A stretch of DNA of 32,000 nt. It comes from Telmatocola sphagniphila. Lineage in GTDB: Bacteria > Planctomycetota > Planctomycetia > Gemmatales > Gemmataceae. The notes beneath the pieces are model-generated. The model saw nothing but the letters and a program-made list of their open reading frames with translations. It had not been told where the DNA came from and ran no database searches. The stretch covers positions 1,440,001-1,472,000 of the forward strand of contig NZ_CP074694.1 of the NCBI RefSeq assembly GCF_018398935.1. The letters run 5' to 3'. The position numbers were made by a program, and so were the translations under genes. The stretch's first letter is position 1; the number at the start of each line of letters is the position of its first letter. Shown here one piece after another: positions 8,783 through 17,219 of the stretch.

Positions 8783-8812
8783 ATTTTACCAGATGAAATC
8801 TGGGCAGGTCAA
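8783..8812 (-). promoter_or_regulatory. sigma-70-like promoter candidate for the 8717->3228 operon (TTGACC-N18-TAAAAT) with a palindrome in the spacer
   Basis: The minus strand reads TTGACC (8812-8807), an 18-nt spacer, then TAAAAT (8788-8783), about 65 nt upstream of ATG 8717. The spacer contains the perfect inverted repeat CCAGAT-TTC-ATCTGG (8789-8803). Planctomycete promoter rules are poorly known. Confidence 0.35.
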
Positions 8813-9112
8813 GAGAGGCGTTCTAGGGTGAGTGTTGGCTTTTCATCCGTATCGCATAACTGGCTTGACTCGATAATCGAATCCGAGTATTTCTGACGGC
8901 TCAAGCTCGCGCTAAAAGACGGATAGATTTTATGGGAAGATCCTGAAGATTGCGACTGGGTGGCTGCGGGGGTTTGGGAAAGAGCGATTCGGAAAGATTG
9001 AACAAGAATTCTCTTTCGATTCCTGAAATTCGCTACGCACGGATGACGGCCAAGTCGATCTTATACCGGAGCGAATTTGCAAGCCTCGGTTGAAGTGTTG
9101 TGGGAGCGGACG

Positions 9113-9868
9113 ATGCACGTTATGAGTTCACCGATTCTTTCGGTCTCCTGTCTCTCCAAGACTCATGGCGAAGGGGAATCACGCGTTCAAGCACTTCGTA
9201 GCGTAACCATGACTGTAGAGGCGGGGGAATTCGCGGTACTCATGGGGGTATCTGGCTCGGGAAAAAGTACTCTGCTCAATCTACTAGCCGGACTTGATCG
9301 GCCGACCTCCGGAAGTATTCGACTTTATGGAGAAGAGATCGCTGATCTCGATGACGATGCCCGGACCATTCTGAGACGACAGCGGATCGGCCTCATCTTC
9401 CAATCCTTCCAGCTTCTGGAATCCTTAACGGCCGAGGAGAACGTCGCTTTGCCTCTGACGATTGGCGGCATGAAGGCTCGCGATGCCCGACATCGCGCTG
9501 CCGAGACGCTCGAATGTGTCGGTTTAGCGAAAAGACGTCTGCATCGGCCTCATCAGCTCTCGGGCGGCGAACAACAAAGAGTGGCGATCGCTCGAGCGCT
9601 GGCCATCAAGCCGGCAATTCTGCTCGCAGATGAACCTACGGGGAACCTGGACACCAAAGAAGGAGAACGAATTATCCTTCTTCTCAAGGATCTGGTGGAG
9701 ATCCAGGGACAAACTCTGGTGTTGGTCACCCACGATCCCAGCCATGAAAAATATGCGGATCGAATCATCCATTTGAGGGATGGGCATATCGTCGAGGAGA
9801 TGCTCCAACCGCGTAACAATAATCGGATTCTCCCCACGGCGTGGAATCGGTTGCCGATTGCCGCCTAA
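9113..9868 (+). CDS. ABC transporter ATP-binding protein, MacB/LolD (type VII) family
   Basis: Walker A GVSGSGKST, Q-loop, signature LSGGEQQRVAIARAL, Walker B ILLADEPTGNLD, H-loop VTHD. I prefer the ATG at 9113 (GGGAG 5 nt upstream) to the track start 9077; ATG 9122 is also possible. Confidence 0.9.
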   Translation: MHVMSSPILSVSCLSKTHGEGESRVQALRSVTMTVEAGEFAVLMGVSGSGKSTLLNLLAGLDRPTSGSIRLYGEEIADLDDDARTILRRQRIGLIFQSFQLLESLTAEENVALPLTIGGMKARDARHRAAETLECVGLAKRRLHRPHQLSGGEQQRVAIARALAIKPAILLADEPTGNLDTKEGERIILLLKDLVEIQGQTLVLVTHDPSHEKYADRIIHLRDGHIVEEMLQPRNNNRILPTAWNRLPIAA

Positions 9869-9908
9869 ATCGAATTTGCATTCGCTGCGACCAGTTTAGG
9901 AATTCAAG

Positions 9909-12407
9909 ATGCATCTTCGCGACTACAGCATGCGTGAGTCAATTCGCCGTTATGGTAGAACCACGCTGACACTACTCGGCATCACAATCGGTATGGCCAG
10001 TATCGTGGCCGTGAAAATCACCATCTCGACAATCCATCAAACTTACGCGGGCGTCTTCGCGAATGCCAGTGCGAAACCGGATCTTGAGATTACCAGTGCG
10101 AGCCAAAAAGGAATCGAAGAAAATTCCCTTGGGGCAATTCTGCAAAATGTGGAGGCCATCCAGGAAATCCGCTCTCAAGTTCGGGGCTTGGTCGCTGCGG
10201 TGACGGAAAAGGGGCCGGTACCCGTCAGTCTTTTCGGCTCCACTCCCGATCGCACGCTGAAATTGATAACCGGATCCGAACTTAAAGCGGATAATGAAGC
10301 TTTGATGGAACAATCTCTAGCGAAATCGCTGAACATTCAGTGCGGAGACCAGTTTCAAGTTCTCAGCGAGCGCGGCGCGGCCGAGTTAAAATTGGTGGGG
10401 GTGTTGAAATCGGGATTGCTGGGTGAAGTGAATTCGCGCGGAATCGTTACCAATCTCGAGACGGCTCAGCAAGTATTCAATTTTGATTCTCGCGTTTCCT
10501 GCTTGCAGATTTTTCTTAAAGCAGGCTGCGACGCAGAATCCACTCGTTCGTTAATTGAGCGATTTCTGCCGGAAGGCTGGTACGTTAAGGATGCCAGTGC
10601 TCAATCGGCGGCGACCTCCGATGCCCTCGGCGCTACTGAGATGGGACTGATGTTTCTGGGTGTGATCGTGATCGCATCGGCAGTCTTTATGTGTTTAAAC
10701 TCGTTCCTGCTCACTTTTAACGAACGCCGCAAACAATTTGCTATCTTACGCACGATTGGTGCCACCTCCGTCCAGATCCAGAAGCTCATACTTGCCGAGG
10801 CTTTATTAATGGGCATTGCCGGTTCAATCCTTGGCTGCTTACTCGGTCTAATTTTGGCTCAGGCCTTGATTCGCGGGATGTCGCTCGTTTTGTGTCTCGA
10901 ATTTCCCGGTCCGTATATAACTTGGACGCCCTTTATCTGGGCTTTGCTTCTCGGTCCTCTTCTCTCTGTCCTGGCGGGGCTTCTGCCGGCACGCCTCGCC
11001 GCTTGCCGACAGCCTCTCGATGAACTTAAACCGGTCGATTGTGGCACGAAATGTTCCAAAGGGTATAAGTGCTGCCTCCCGATCGGTCTGCTTTTGCTCG
11101 CAGGGTCGATTGGCGTACGTTGGTTAATATCCTTTTCTTCTTTGAATGGTGAACTCAAGAGTACAATTTTCGTGGCTTCGTTACTCGGGACTGTCCTCGC
11201 TGGAGTCTGTCTGTTACCTTCGATGATCAAATTCGTGCTTCAGATGTTCTCGCACTGCTTCGCCGGTGTGGAAGGGAATTTGGCCGTCCAGAACCTGATC
11301 CGTTACCGTTCCCGAACCGAACTGACCGCGGCTGTATTATTTCTGTCGCTGGCCATCATGGTGACGTTCGGCCAAACGATTTCGGATATCTCGTCCGATC
11401 TCCACCAATGGTGCAGTCAAGCGATCGTCGCCGATTACGTTCTTCGGGGGTCCAAGCCCGATAATTCGCTTTCGATAGTAACGTCTCTCCCGGAAAGTGC
11501 TGAACATGAAATTGAACAACTGGCCGGGGTAGCCGCAGTCGACAAGCTCTCTTTCATTCGTTCTCAAGTGAATGGCCGAAGTGTTTTGATTCTCGCGCGA
11601 GGGCTTCCCAAGGATGGCAGCCTGCCGCTGGTGATTCGGGAGGGGAATGCAATTTCCGCTCGGGAAGCACTACAGCGTGGCGAAGCGATGCTCGGTACCG
11701 CACTGGCTCAAGATTTGGGCCTGCATGCCGGAGATTTCATTCAGATTAATACTGCGAAAGGAGAGCAGCGAGTTCGGGTGGCGGGCACGGTCACGGAATA
11801 TGCCGTCGGTGGCATGGCTCTTTTCATGGAATGGGACGCCGCAAGAAGCTTGCTCGAATTCCAAGGTGTGAACGCCTATATGATTTCCGCTAAGTCCGGT
11901 GAAGCGGAACAACTCCGTCAGTCGCTGGTCCGTTTTAGCGGGGAACGAAAATACTATCTCGAACATATCGGAGAACTGCGCAGCTCTATCGAAGGATTTC
12001 TTTCGAATGTCACTGGAGTGCTTTGGTGTCTGATGGTCATGGTCTTCGTCGTCGCCTCTTTAAGTGTGGTCAACACCCTGTTTATGAACGTACGCGACCA
12101 GAGCCGGGAGTTGGGAATTCTTCGTGCGATCGGTTTGAAGCAGTGTCAGCTAAAAAAAGTCATTCGGCTGCAGGCTGTTTTGTTGGCTTGCACTGTGATA
12201 GTGCCGGGCATTGCTGTAGGATTGATCTTATCGCAAGCGATCGAGACTGGCGGCACGGCCAAACTGCCTTCCACCCCGGAATTTGCAATTCGAGGTTGGG
12301 TCCTAATCGGTAGTTCGCTTCTGGCACTCTTGGTAGCTGGATTCGCAGGCATCTTACCAGCTCGTCGAGCAGCCCGGATGCCGGTAATGGCGGCCATGCA
12401 AAGTTGA
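9909..12407 (+). CDS. ABC transporter permease with two FtsX-like domains (MacB/YbbP-type)
   Basis: 832 aa. An N-terminal TM helix is followed by an extracytoplasmic domain, and FtsX-type four-helix bundles occur twice (around LRTIGATSVQIQKL and LRAIGLKQCQLKKV). It lies 40 nt downstream of the ATPase gene. Confidence 0.9.
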   Translation: MHLRDYSMRESIRRYGRTTLTLLGITIGMASIVAVKITISTIHQTYAGVFANASAKPDLEITSASQKGIEENSLGAILQNVEAIQEIRSQVRGLVAAVTEKGPVPVSLFGSTPDRTLKLITGSELKADNEALMEQSLAKSLNIQCGDQFQVLSERGAAELKLVGVLKSGLLGEVNSRGIVTNLETAQQVFNFDSRVSCLQIFLKAGCDAESTRSLIERFLPEGWYVKDASAQSAATSDALGATEMGLMFLGVIVIASAVFMCLNSFLLTFNERRKQFAILRTIGATSVQIQKLILAEALLMGIAGSILGCLLGLILAQALIRGMSLVLCLEFPGPYITWTPFIWALLLGPLLSVLAGLLPARLAACRQPLDELKPVDCGTKCSKGYKCCLPIGLLLLAGSIGVRWLISFSSLNGELKSTIFVASLLGTVLAGVCLLPSMIKFVLQMFSHCFAGVEGNLAVQNLIRYRSRTELTAAVLFLSLAIMVTFGQTISDISSDLHQWCSQAIVADYVLRGSKPDNSLSIVTSLPESAEHEIEQLAGVAAVDKLSFIRSQVNGRSVLILARGLPKDGSLPLVIREGNAISAREALQRGEAMLGTALAQDLGLHAGDFIQINTAKGEQRVRVAGTVTEYAVGGMALFMEWDAARSLLEFQGVNAYMISAKSGEAEQLRQSLVRFSGERKYYLEHIGELRSSIEGFLSNVTGVLWCLMVMVFVVASLSVVNTLFMNVRDQSRELGILRAIGLKQCQLKKVIRLQAVLLACTVIVPGIAVGLILSQAIETGGTAKLPSTPEFAIRGWVLIGSSLLALLVAGFAGILPARRAARMPVMAAMQS

Positions 12408-12415
12408 GCGAGATG

Positions 12416-12443
12416 AATAGCTCCCGACAGAGCGGGAGCTATT
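12416..12443. terminator. hairpin between convergent genes (putative bidirectional terminator)
   Basis: AATAGCTCCCG (12416-12426), loop ACAGAG, CGGGAGCTATT (12433-12443): a perfect 11-bp stem with a 6-nt loop. It sits between the stop at 12407 (+) and the stop at 12453 (-). The U-tract is weak on both strands. Confidence 0.5.
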
Positions 12444-12452
12444 AGATCCATT

Positions 12453-13772
12453 TTACAAACCTTCTACTTCCCAACCTTTTCGGTAGGTTTTTCGGACGAA
12501 CTGATTCGCCAATTTCTCATTGGTGACCATGAGATTTTTGGCGTCCCATTCCAAAGTCTTTTTGGAGAATCGGGTTGCCAGGCAGCCCAGCAGCACCGAT
12601 TCCGTCAATGGCCCCGCATACTCGAATGGAGCGGAGGTTTTGTCATTCCCTCTCACAGCTTCCACGAACTGCAAATAATGATTGCGGCCATCCATTTTTA
12701 CGACTTTGCCACCAGATGCTTCGCCCAGGAGCACGGGTGCTGCGATATAAGGGGAGTACATCACCCCTTTGGTACCGATATAAATCGATCCTTGATCGCT
12801 CAATTTCGCATTACCGATTAATCCGGTAACGTTAGCCTCGGGTCGCAGGGCTCCGTTGTACCAGGTGAGCTCAACAGTATCGGTCGTGAAAGCAGTTCCT
12901 GGGAAGACGTATTTCACTTTAACGTCGAGCGTCCAGTTGTATTCGTTGGTATTCGGGCCGTACGAGTGTACCGACTTCGGCGAGGTCAGCGCGAGGGATC
13001 CGAAAACGGGATCCAGGATATGGCAGCCCATATCGCCAAAGGTCCCGGTGCCGAAATCGAGTCGCTTTCTCCAATTGCCGGGATGATAATAACCACCTCC
13101 AATAAACGGCCGATCTTGAGCGACGCCCAGCCAGGAATCCCAGTTGAAGCCCTTGGGAATTTCGTCTTTCCGATCAGGTCGGTTAGCGGTGTCCCCCCAC
13201 CCTTTCCCGCTCCAACTATGAACTTCCTTCACTTTACCGATTGCACCCGCTTGAATGGTAGCAACGACGCTGCGATGGACTTCGTGAGAGTGAATCTGAA
13301 TTCCCATCTGCGAGATCAATTTCTTCTCAGAAGCCGTTTTGCTTAGCTGGCGAGCTTCGTAAATCGTCTGAGTCAGAGGTTTCTGAGTATAGACGTGCAG
13401 TCCCTGTTGCATGGCACGCATGGTAATCGGGGCATGCATGTGATCGGGAGTAGATATGTTTACGGAATTGAGAGATTTCTCTTTATCCAGCAGCTCTCGC
13501 CAGTCCTGATAGATCTTCACATCGGGGAATCGCTTTTTAATCTCCCCGACCTTGTTAAGATCGACTTCCGCGACGGCGACCAATTTGAGATTTTTGCTTT
13601 CCGTTAGGGAGGCGATATCCGATCCGGCCATGCCACTGGCGCCGAAACTGGCATGATAAACGGTTTCAATGGGTGCGGCGGAAGCATGATGGCGATAAAC
13701 CATGGGGACTGCCAGGGTCCCCGCTGCGATCGTCTTTAGAGCGTCGCGACGATTGATATTTTGTAAGGTCAT
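12453..13772 (-). CDS. TAT-exported Gfo/Idh/MocA family oxidoreductase
   Basis: The track ORF extends to 13955 and would overlap the upstream gene. The ATG at 13772 opens a twin-arginine signal (MTLQNINRRDALKTIAAGTLAV...ASA). A Rossmann N-domain (FGASGMAGSDI...KLVAVAEVD) and an EKPL-like QKPL motif are typical of Gfo/Idh/MocA. Confidence 0.9.
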   Translation of the reverse strand: MTLQNINRRDALKTIAAGTLAVPMVYRHHASAAPIETVYHASFGASGMAGSDIASLTESKNLKLVAVAEVDLNKVGEIKKRFPDVKIYQDWRELLDKEKSLNSVNISTPDHMHAPITMRAMQQGLHVYTQKPLTQTIYEARQLSKTASEKKLISQMGIQIHSHEVHRSVVATIQAGAIGKVKEVHSWSGKGWGDTANRPDRKDEIPKGFNWDSWLGVAQDRPFIGGGYYHPGNWRKRLDFGTGTFGDMGCHILDPVFGSLALTSPKSVHSYGPNTNEYNWTLDVKVKYVFPGTAFTTDTVELTWYNGALRPEANVTGLIGNAKLSDQGSIYIGTKGVMYSPYIAAPVLLGEASGGKVVKMDGRNHYLQFVEAVRGNDKTSAPFEYAGPLTESVLLGCLATRFSKKTLEWDAKNLMVTNEKLANQFVRKTYRKGWEVEGL

Positions 13773-13848
13773 GGTTGGTCTCTGGTTGTGGAATGGCATT
13801 AAATGTTGAAAGCATCTCGGGGAGTGGAGCGTTCTCCCCAAGCGAAAT

Positions 13849-15207
13849 TTACTTTTGTTCCGCCTTGGATTCCAACTTTTTCGAATCCAGCTTCTTGATC
13901 TCAATGTTCTTGAATGCAACCGGATCGTTATGACCAGCGAAACCGAAGTGGCCACTCGTACGCGTCTTACCGGGGTGAGCGCTGTTCGCCATGTATTCCG
14001 TGACTTTGCTGAGATCGGTATCGAGAATTCGATTGCCGTTTAACTCCACAACAATTTTCGAGCCGACGACGGTAATTTCCTCGAAGTTCCACTCGCCGAC
14101 CGGTCGGGCGTAACCTCGATGCGCGGCCGTCATCCCATAGGCCGAGCCGTTGTACTGTCGAGTATCCAATTTCTCGTAAACTTTGGCCGTGTCGTCGAGA
14201 ACTTGAATTTCGCACATTCCAACATAGGCCGTATCACCCTGGCCGGGATAGCGGATAGCAAAGCCGTTGTTTCCAGCCGGGGGTAGGCGGTATTCGGCTC
14301 GAGCGACAAAATCGGTGAACTCGGTGGAGGTGTAGATCGTTCCTCCTTTATGGGGTTTACAGAGGATAGCCCCTTCGACGACTTGATAATTGTCCAACGG
14401 CCCCGCCCAACCTGTGAAATCTTTGCCGTTGAAATAGCTTTCAAATCCTTTGGTGTTGTGCTTACGCAAAATTTCGTTTGCTTCCTTCGAGGCAATCTCG
14501 CGAATGTACATCTTCCGCCAACTGATCTCACCGCCGTGAGTCTGCAATTGAATCGGCCCCTTCAGCATGAGTGGAAGATTTTTGTTCCAGAAATTTTCCA
14601 GCCGGGCGAAATCGACTACCAATTTGTCGTTGAGATAAACGGTGACCCGTTCGCCAATCATCAGAATTTTCATCGAATTCCATTCGCCAAAGGGCTTATC
14701 GGCGAGAACCAGGGGATCCTTCCCAGGGGCTCCAGGGCTGTTATTCCAGAGCCCGCCACTGCCTTTATCGGCTCCCAGGTTCCATTTTCCACCGGCCTTT
14801 GTGTAGTCCCAAATCTGGACCTGAGGAGTGGCCTTCAGATAAACTCCGCTGTCCGCGAGTGCAACGGTCTTGTATTCCAGCAGAAGTTCAAAATCGCCGT
14901 AATCTTTATCGGTTGTCAGATAAGCACCGTTGCCGTCGTTGATCAGGACCCCCTCTTTGACCGACCAGTGTTTTTTGGCATCCGCCGTCCATTTTTCGAG
15001 CTGAGCTTTTCTTTCGCTTTCGGGCATCTTGGCCAGATCGTATGGATTGAAATGGGGCATGCCATGCCAGCCTGTGAGGTCCTTACCGTTGAAAAGCAAG
15101 GAAAAGCCGGCCGGAGAAACGGGATCCTGGGCACGCGCTCTCGAATTGGAATTCAGTAAGGCGAGTAAACCCGCCACAAATAACAGGTTGAATCGAATGA
15201 GTTTCAT
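13849..15207 (-). CDS. secreted protein with two DUF1080 (3-keto-disaccharide hydrolase-like, concanavalin-type) domains
   Basis: Signal peptide MKLIRFNLLFVAGLLALLNSNSRARA. The DUF1080 opening motif occurs twice (FSLLFNGKDLTGWHG and FESYFNGKDFTGWAG), each followed by the ...GGEISWRKMYI / ...DPVAFKNIEI closing strand. 76 nt upstream of the oxidoreductase gene. Confidence 0.85.
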   Translation of the reverse strand: MKLIRFNLLFVAGLLALLNSNSRARAQDPVSPAGFSLLFNGKDLTGWHGMPHFNPYDLAKMPESERKAQLEKWTADAKKHWSVKEGVLINDGNGAYLTTDKDYGDFELLLEYKTVALADSGVYLKATPQVQIWDYTKAGGKWNLGADKGSGGLWNNSPGAPGKDPLVLADKPFGEWNSMKILMIGERVTVYLNDKLVVDFARLENFWNKNLPLMLKGPIQLQTHGGEISWRKMYIREIASKEANEILRKHNTKGFESYFNGKDFTGWAGPLDNYQVVEGAILCKPHKGGTIYTSTEFTDFVARAEYRLPPAGNNGFAIRYPGQGDTAYVGMCEIQVLDDTAKVYEKLDTRQYNGSAYGMTAAHRGYARPVGEWNFEEITVVGSKIVVELNGNRILDTDLSKVTEYMANSAHPGKTRTSGHFGFAGHNDPVAFKNIEIKKLDSKKLESKAEQK

Positions 15208-15482
15208 AAAGAGTCCACGAAGAGATTGAGAGTAGGTAGGAGCCCCGGTATCTCACCTACCGGGATACTCAAAATATACGAAATGCCCCGGGATTGGCAG
15301 TTGGAGAAAAGACAGATTTTCGCTGCGCGTTGGAAGTACGAGGTACTCGGTTGGCTAAAAGCGGGAAAATAAACGATCCATTCGTGACAGAGCGGATCCT
15401 AGGGCGAATCACAGATTATTAGAACAAGCCGTTTGCTATCAACTGACCAAAGGAGGTTTCCGTTAAACCCGAGAAGCTGCAA

Positions 15483-15986
15483 GTGGAGTTTCAGCGATTA
15501 CTTCGCGAGCATGAGCGAATTCTGTTCAAAATTGCTTATGGCTATTGCCGAAACCCCGGTGAGCGACAGGATCTCATTCAAGAAATCTGCCTGCAATTGT
15601 GGAAAGGATTCCCGCGATACGATGCCGCAAGACCTTTCCCTACCTGGATGTTTAGAATCGGCCTGAATGTCGCAATATCGTTCAAGCGAAAAACTTACAC
15701 CCGCAAAGCGGGGGTAATCTCTGATCTGGAGTTCATCGCTGCGAAAGAGAGTCCTGTTGAAATCGAATTGGAAAGAAACGAACAGTTGGAGCGGTTGAAC
15801 TCAATGATCCATCAGCTCGATGAGTTGAATCGAGCTCTGTTAATCCTCTATCTGGAGGATCACAGTACGCGAGAAATTTCGGAAATTCTGGGAATCAGCG
15901 AGACGAATGTGACAACGAAAATTCATCGTTTGAAGAGCTACCTTCGCTCTCAAATGGAATCGAATAAGACACCGCGAGGAGAATGA
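15483..15986 (+). CDS. ECF-type RNA polymerase sigma-70 family factor
   Basis: Region 2 (RQDLIQEICLQLWKGFPRYDAARPFPTWMFRIGLNVAISFKRK) and a region 4 HTH (STREISEILGISETNVTTKIHRLKSYL). GTG start at 15483. Confidence 0.9.
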   Translation: MEFQRLLREHERILFKIAYGYCRNPGERQDLIQEICLQLWKGFPRYDAARPFPTWMFRIGLNVAISFKRKTYTRKAGVISDLEFIAAKESPVEIELERNEQLERLNSMIHQLDELNRALLILYLEDHSTREISEILGISETNVTTKIHRLKSYLRSQMESNKTPRGE

Positions 15987-16663
15987 AAATGGAAACGGAA
16001 GAACTGAAATCGCTTTGGAATGAATTAGGGAACTTATCCACTAAGGTGGCCTCTTTAGACGGAAAAATCGTTGAGGTTCAAAACCGGCCTAAACTGTCTC
16101 AATATATCAGTCGGTTCAACGCACTACTGATCTTGGAACTGGCTATGGATCTGGTGGCCGTTCTATTCACCGGTAGCTTTCTGTTTACACACTTGCATGA
16201 GCCAAAATTTCTGATACCCGGTTTATTTCTGCATCTGTCTGTCATACTGCTTATTGCACAAAGAATTCGGCTAATAATTAAAACCAAAAAGCTGGATTTT
16301 TCAGCTCCGGTGCTTTGGGTTCAGAAGCATCTTTCGGAAATTCGGGCGCTAAGAGTCACAATTCATCGCTGGATACTGATTCTTTCACCACTTATCTGGA
16401 TCCCGTTTGCAATCGTGGCGACTCAGGGAGCACTTGGAATCGATCTATACAAGGAGTTCGATCCCGCTTGGATTCTTGCCAATCTTCTGCTGGGTCTACT
16501 TATTCTCGCAGGATCTCTTTGGGTTTCCCATCGATATGCTACTTACTTGCAGGAATCGATTTGGTTCGGGCAGATCGCCGATCAACTGGCTGGACGCAGT
16601 CTAAAGCAAATCTCCAAAGTTTTAACAGATTTAGAGAGCTTTGAAACAGAATCTGAGAAGTGA
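15983..16663 (+). CDS. polytopic membrane protein, putative cognate anti-sigma factor
   Basis: ATGA start/stop overlap with the sigma-factor gene (15983-15986). A ~45-aa cytoplasmic head is followed by several hydrophobic helices. There is no HxxxCxxC zinc anti-sigma motif, so the role is inferred from position only. Confidence 0.55.
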   Translation: MKMETEELKSLWNELGNLSTKVASLDGKIVEVQNRPKLSQYISRFNALLILELAMDLVAVLFTGSFLFTHLHEPKFLIPGLFLHLSVILLIAQRIRLIIKTKKLDFSAPVLWVQKHLSEIRALRVTIHRWILILSPLIWIPFAIVATQGALGIDLYKEFDPAWILANLLLGLLILAGSLWVSHRYATYLQESIWFGQIADQLAGRSLKQISKVLTDLESFETESEK

Positions 16664-16766
16664 TAACCTGAAGAGTTTTTTTGAAACCACTCCAAAAGTT
16701 CCGGGAGGATCGGATTACACCGGGATCACCGATGCAATCCGAATTAGGGAATCGTGTTAGGGGCGA

Positions 16767-17219
16767 TTACTTTTTCTTGGTCTGAAGATCCCAGTTTTTT
16801 TCGTTCTTTCCTGAATTCACGGTAAACGTAAGCGTCGTTTTCGCGTTGAATTCCGGAGGTAGAGATTCCTCAATCCAATCGCCCGAAGGACCGCTGCCCG
16901 GACCTTCTTTATTGATGGTTTTCGGTTTTCTTCGAGGTCGGGGAACTCGAATTTCCACTTTGCTGGCGCCGATGGGCACTAGACAGAGATAAGCCCCCTT
17001 CTTCAACGTATCCCCGGCGGATGGAGATTTGCCATCCTGGGGGATAAAGCTGATGGAAGCACCGTCCGCAGGAATTTCTCCGTCAACGGTTACCACTCCT
17101 GTAACCTCCGCGAGATTGGATTCTTTTGCACATCCGGTGATTAAGCCGATTGCTAAAAGAAGTGTGGCGACTCTCAGAAGTCGCCTAGAGGAATTTCCTG
17201 GATTAAAATGATCAACCAT
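16767..17219 (-). CDS. small lipoprotein with carboxypeptidase-regulatory-like (Ig/transthyretin-like) domain
   Basis: The ATG at 17219 overlaps the DUF1559 stop by 8 nt (the track start 17306 would sit deep inside that gene). Lipobox LAIGLITGC, then [22 protein letters not shown]...[16 protein letters not shown], typical of the small partner found after DUF1559 genes. Confidence 0.65.
   Translation of the reverse strand: MVDHFNPGNSSRRLLRVATLLLAIGLITGCAKESNLAEVTGVVTVDGEIPADGASISFIPQDGKSPSAGDTLKKGAYLCLVPIGASKVEIRVPRPRRKPKTINKEGPGSGPSGDWIEESLPPEFNAKTTLTFTVNSGKNEKNWDLQTKKK

Noticed and set aside
8847-8857. Exact 11-mer CCGTATCGCAT shared between two intergenic regions (8847-8857 and 19877-19887).
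   Set aside because: The flanking bases differ on both sides, and hundreds of 11-mer coincidences are expected by chance among ~10^9 position pairs in a 32-kb window.
13773-13955. N-terminal extensions in the ORF track: 13773-13955, 3077-3208, 8718-8744, 17220-17306, 19979-20044, 22374-22493, 25476-25544, 25771-25857, 30077-30094 and 9077-9112.
   Set aside because: The extensions start at TTG/GTG or lack an SD. They would overlap neighbouring genes or promoter motifs. They also precede an internal ATG with a good SD that opens directly into a signal peptide, TAT motif or Rossmann motif.
15230-15270. Imperfect nested inverted repeats (GAGTAGGTAGG ... CCTACC-GGGA-TACTC) just upstream of the DUF1080 gene start.
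   Set aside because: The stem is interrupted and allows several competing pairings. It sits in a divergent promoter region, so it is not a terminator, and I cannot assign a function from sequence alone.
16710-16742. Weak hairpin TCGGATT-N19-AATCCGA between the convergent genes ending at 16663 and 16767.
   Set aside because: The stem is only 7 bp, the loop is 19 nt and there is no U-tract. That is too weak to call a terminator.
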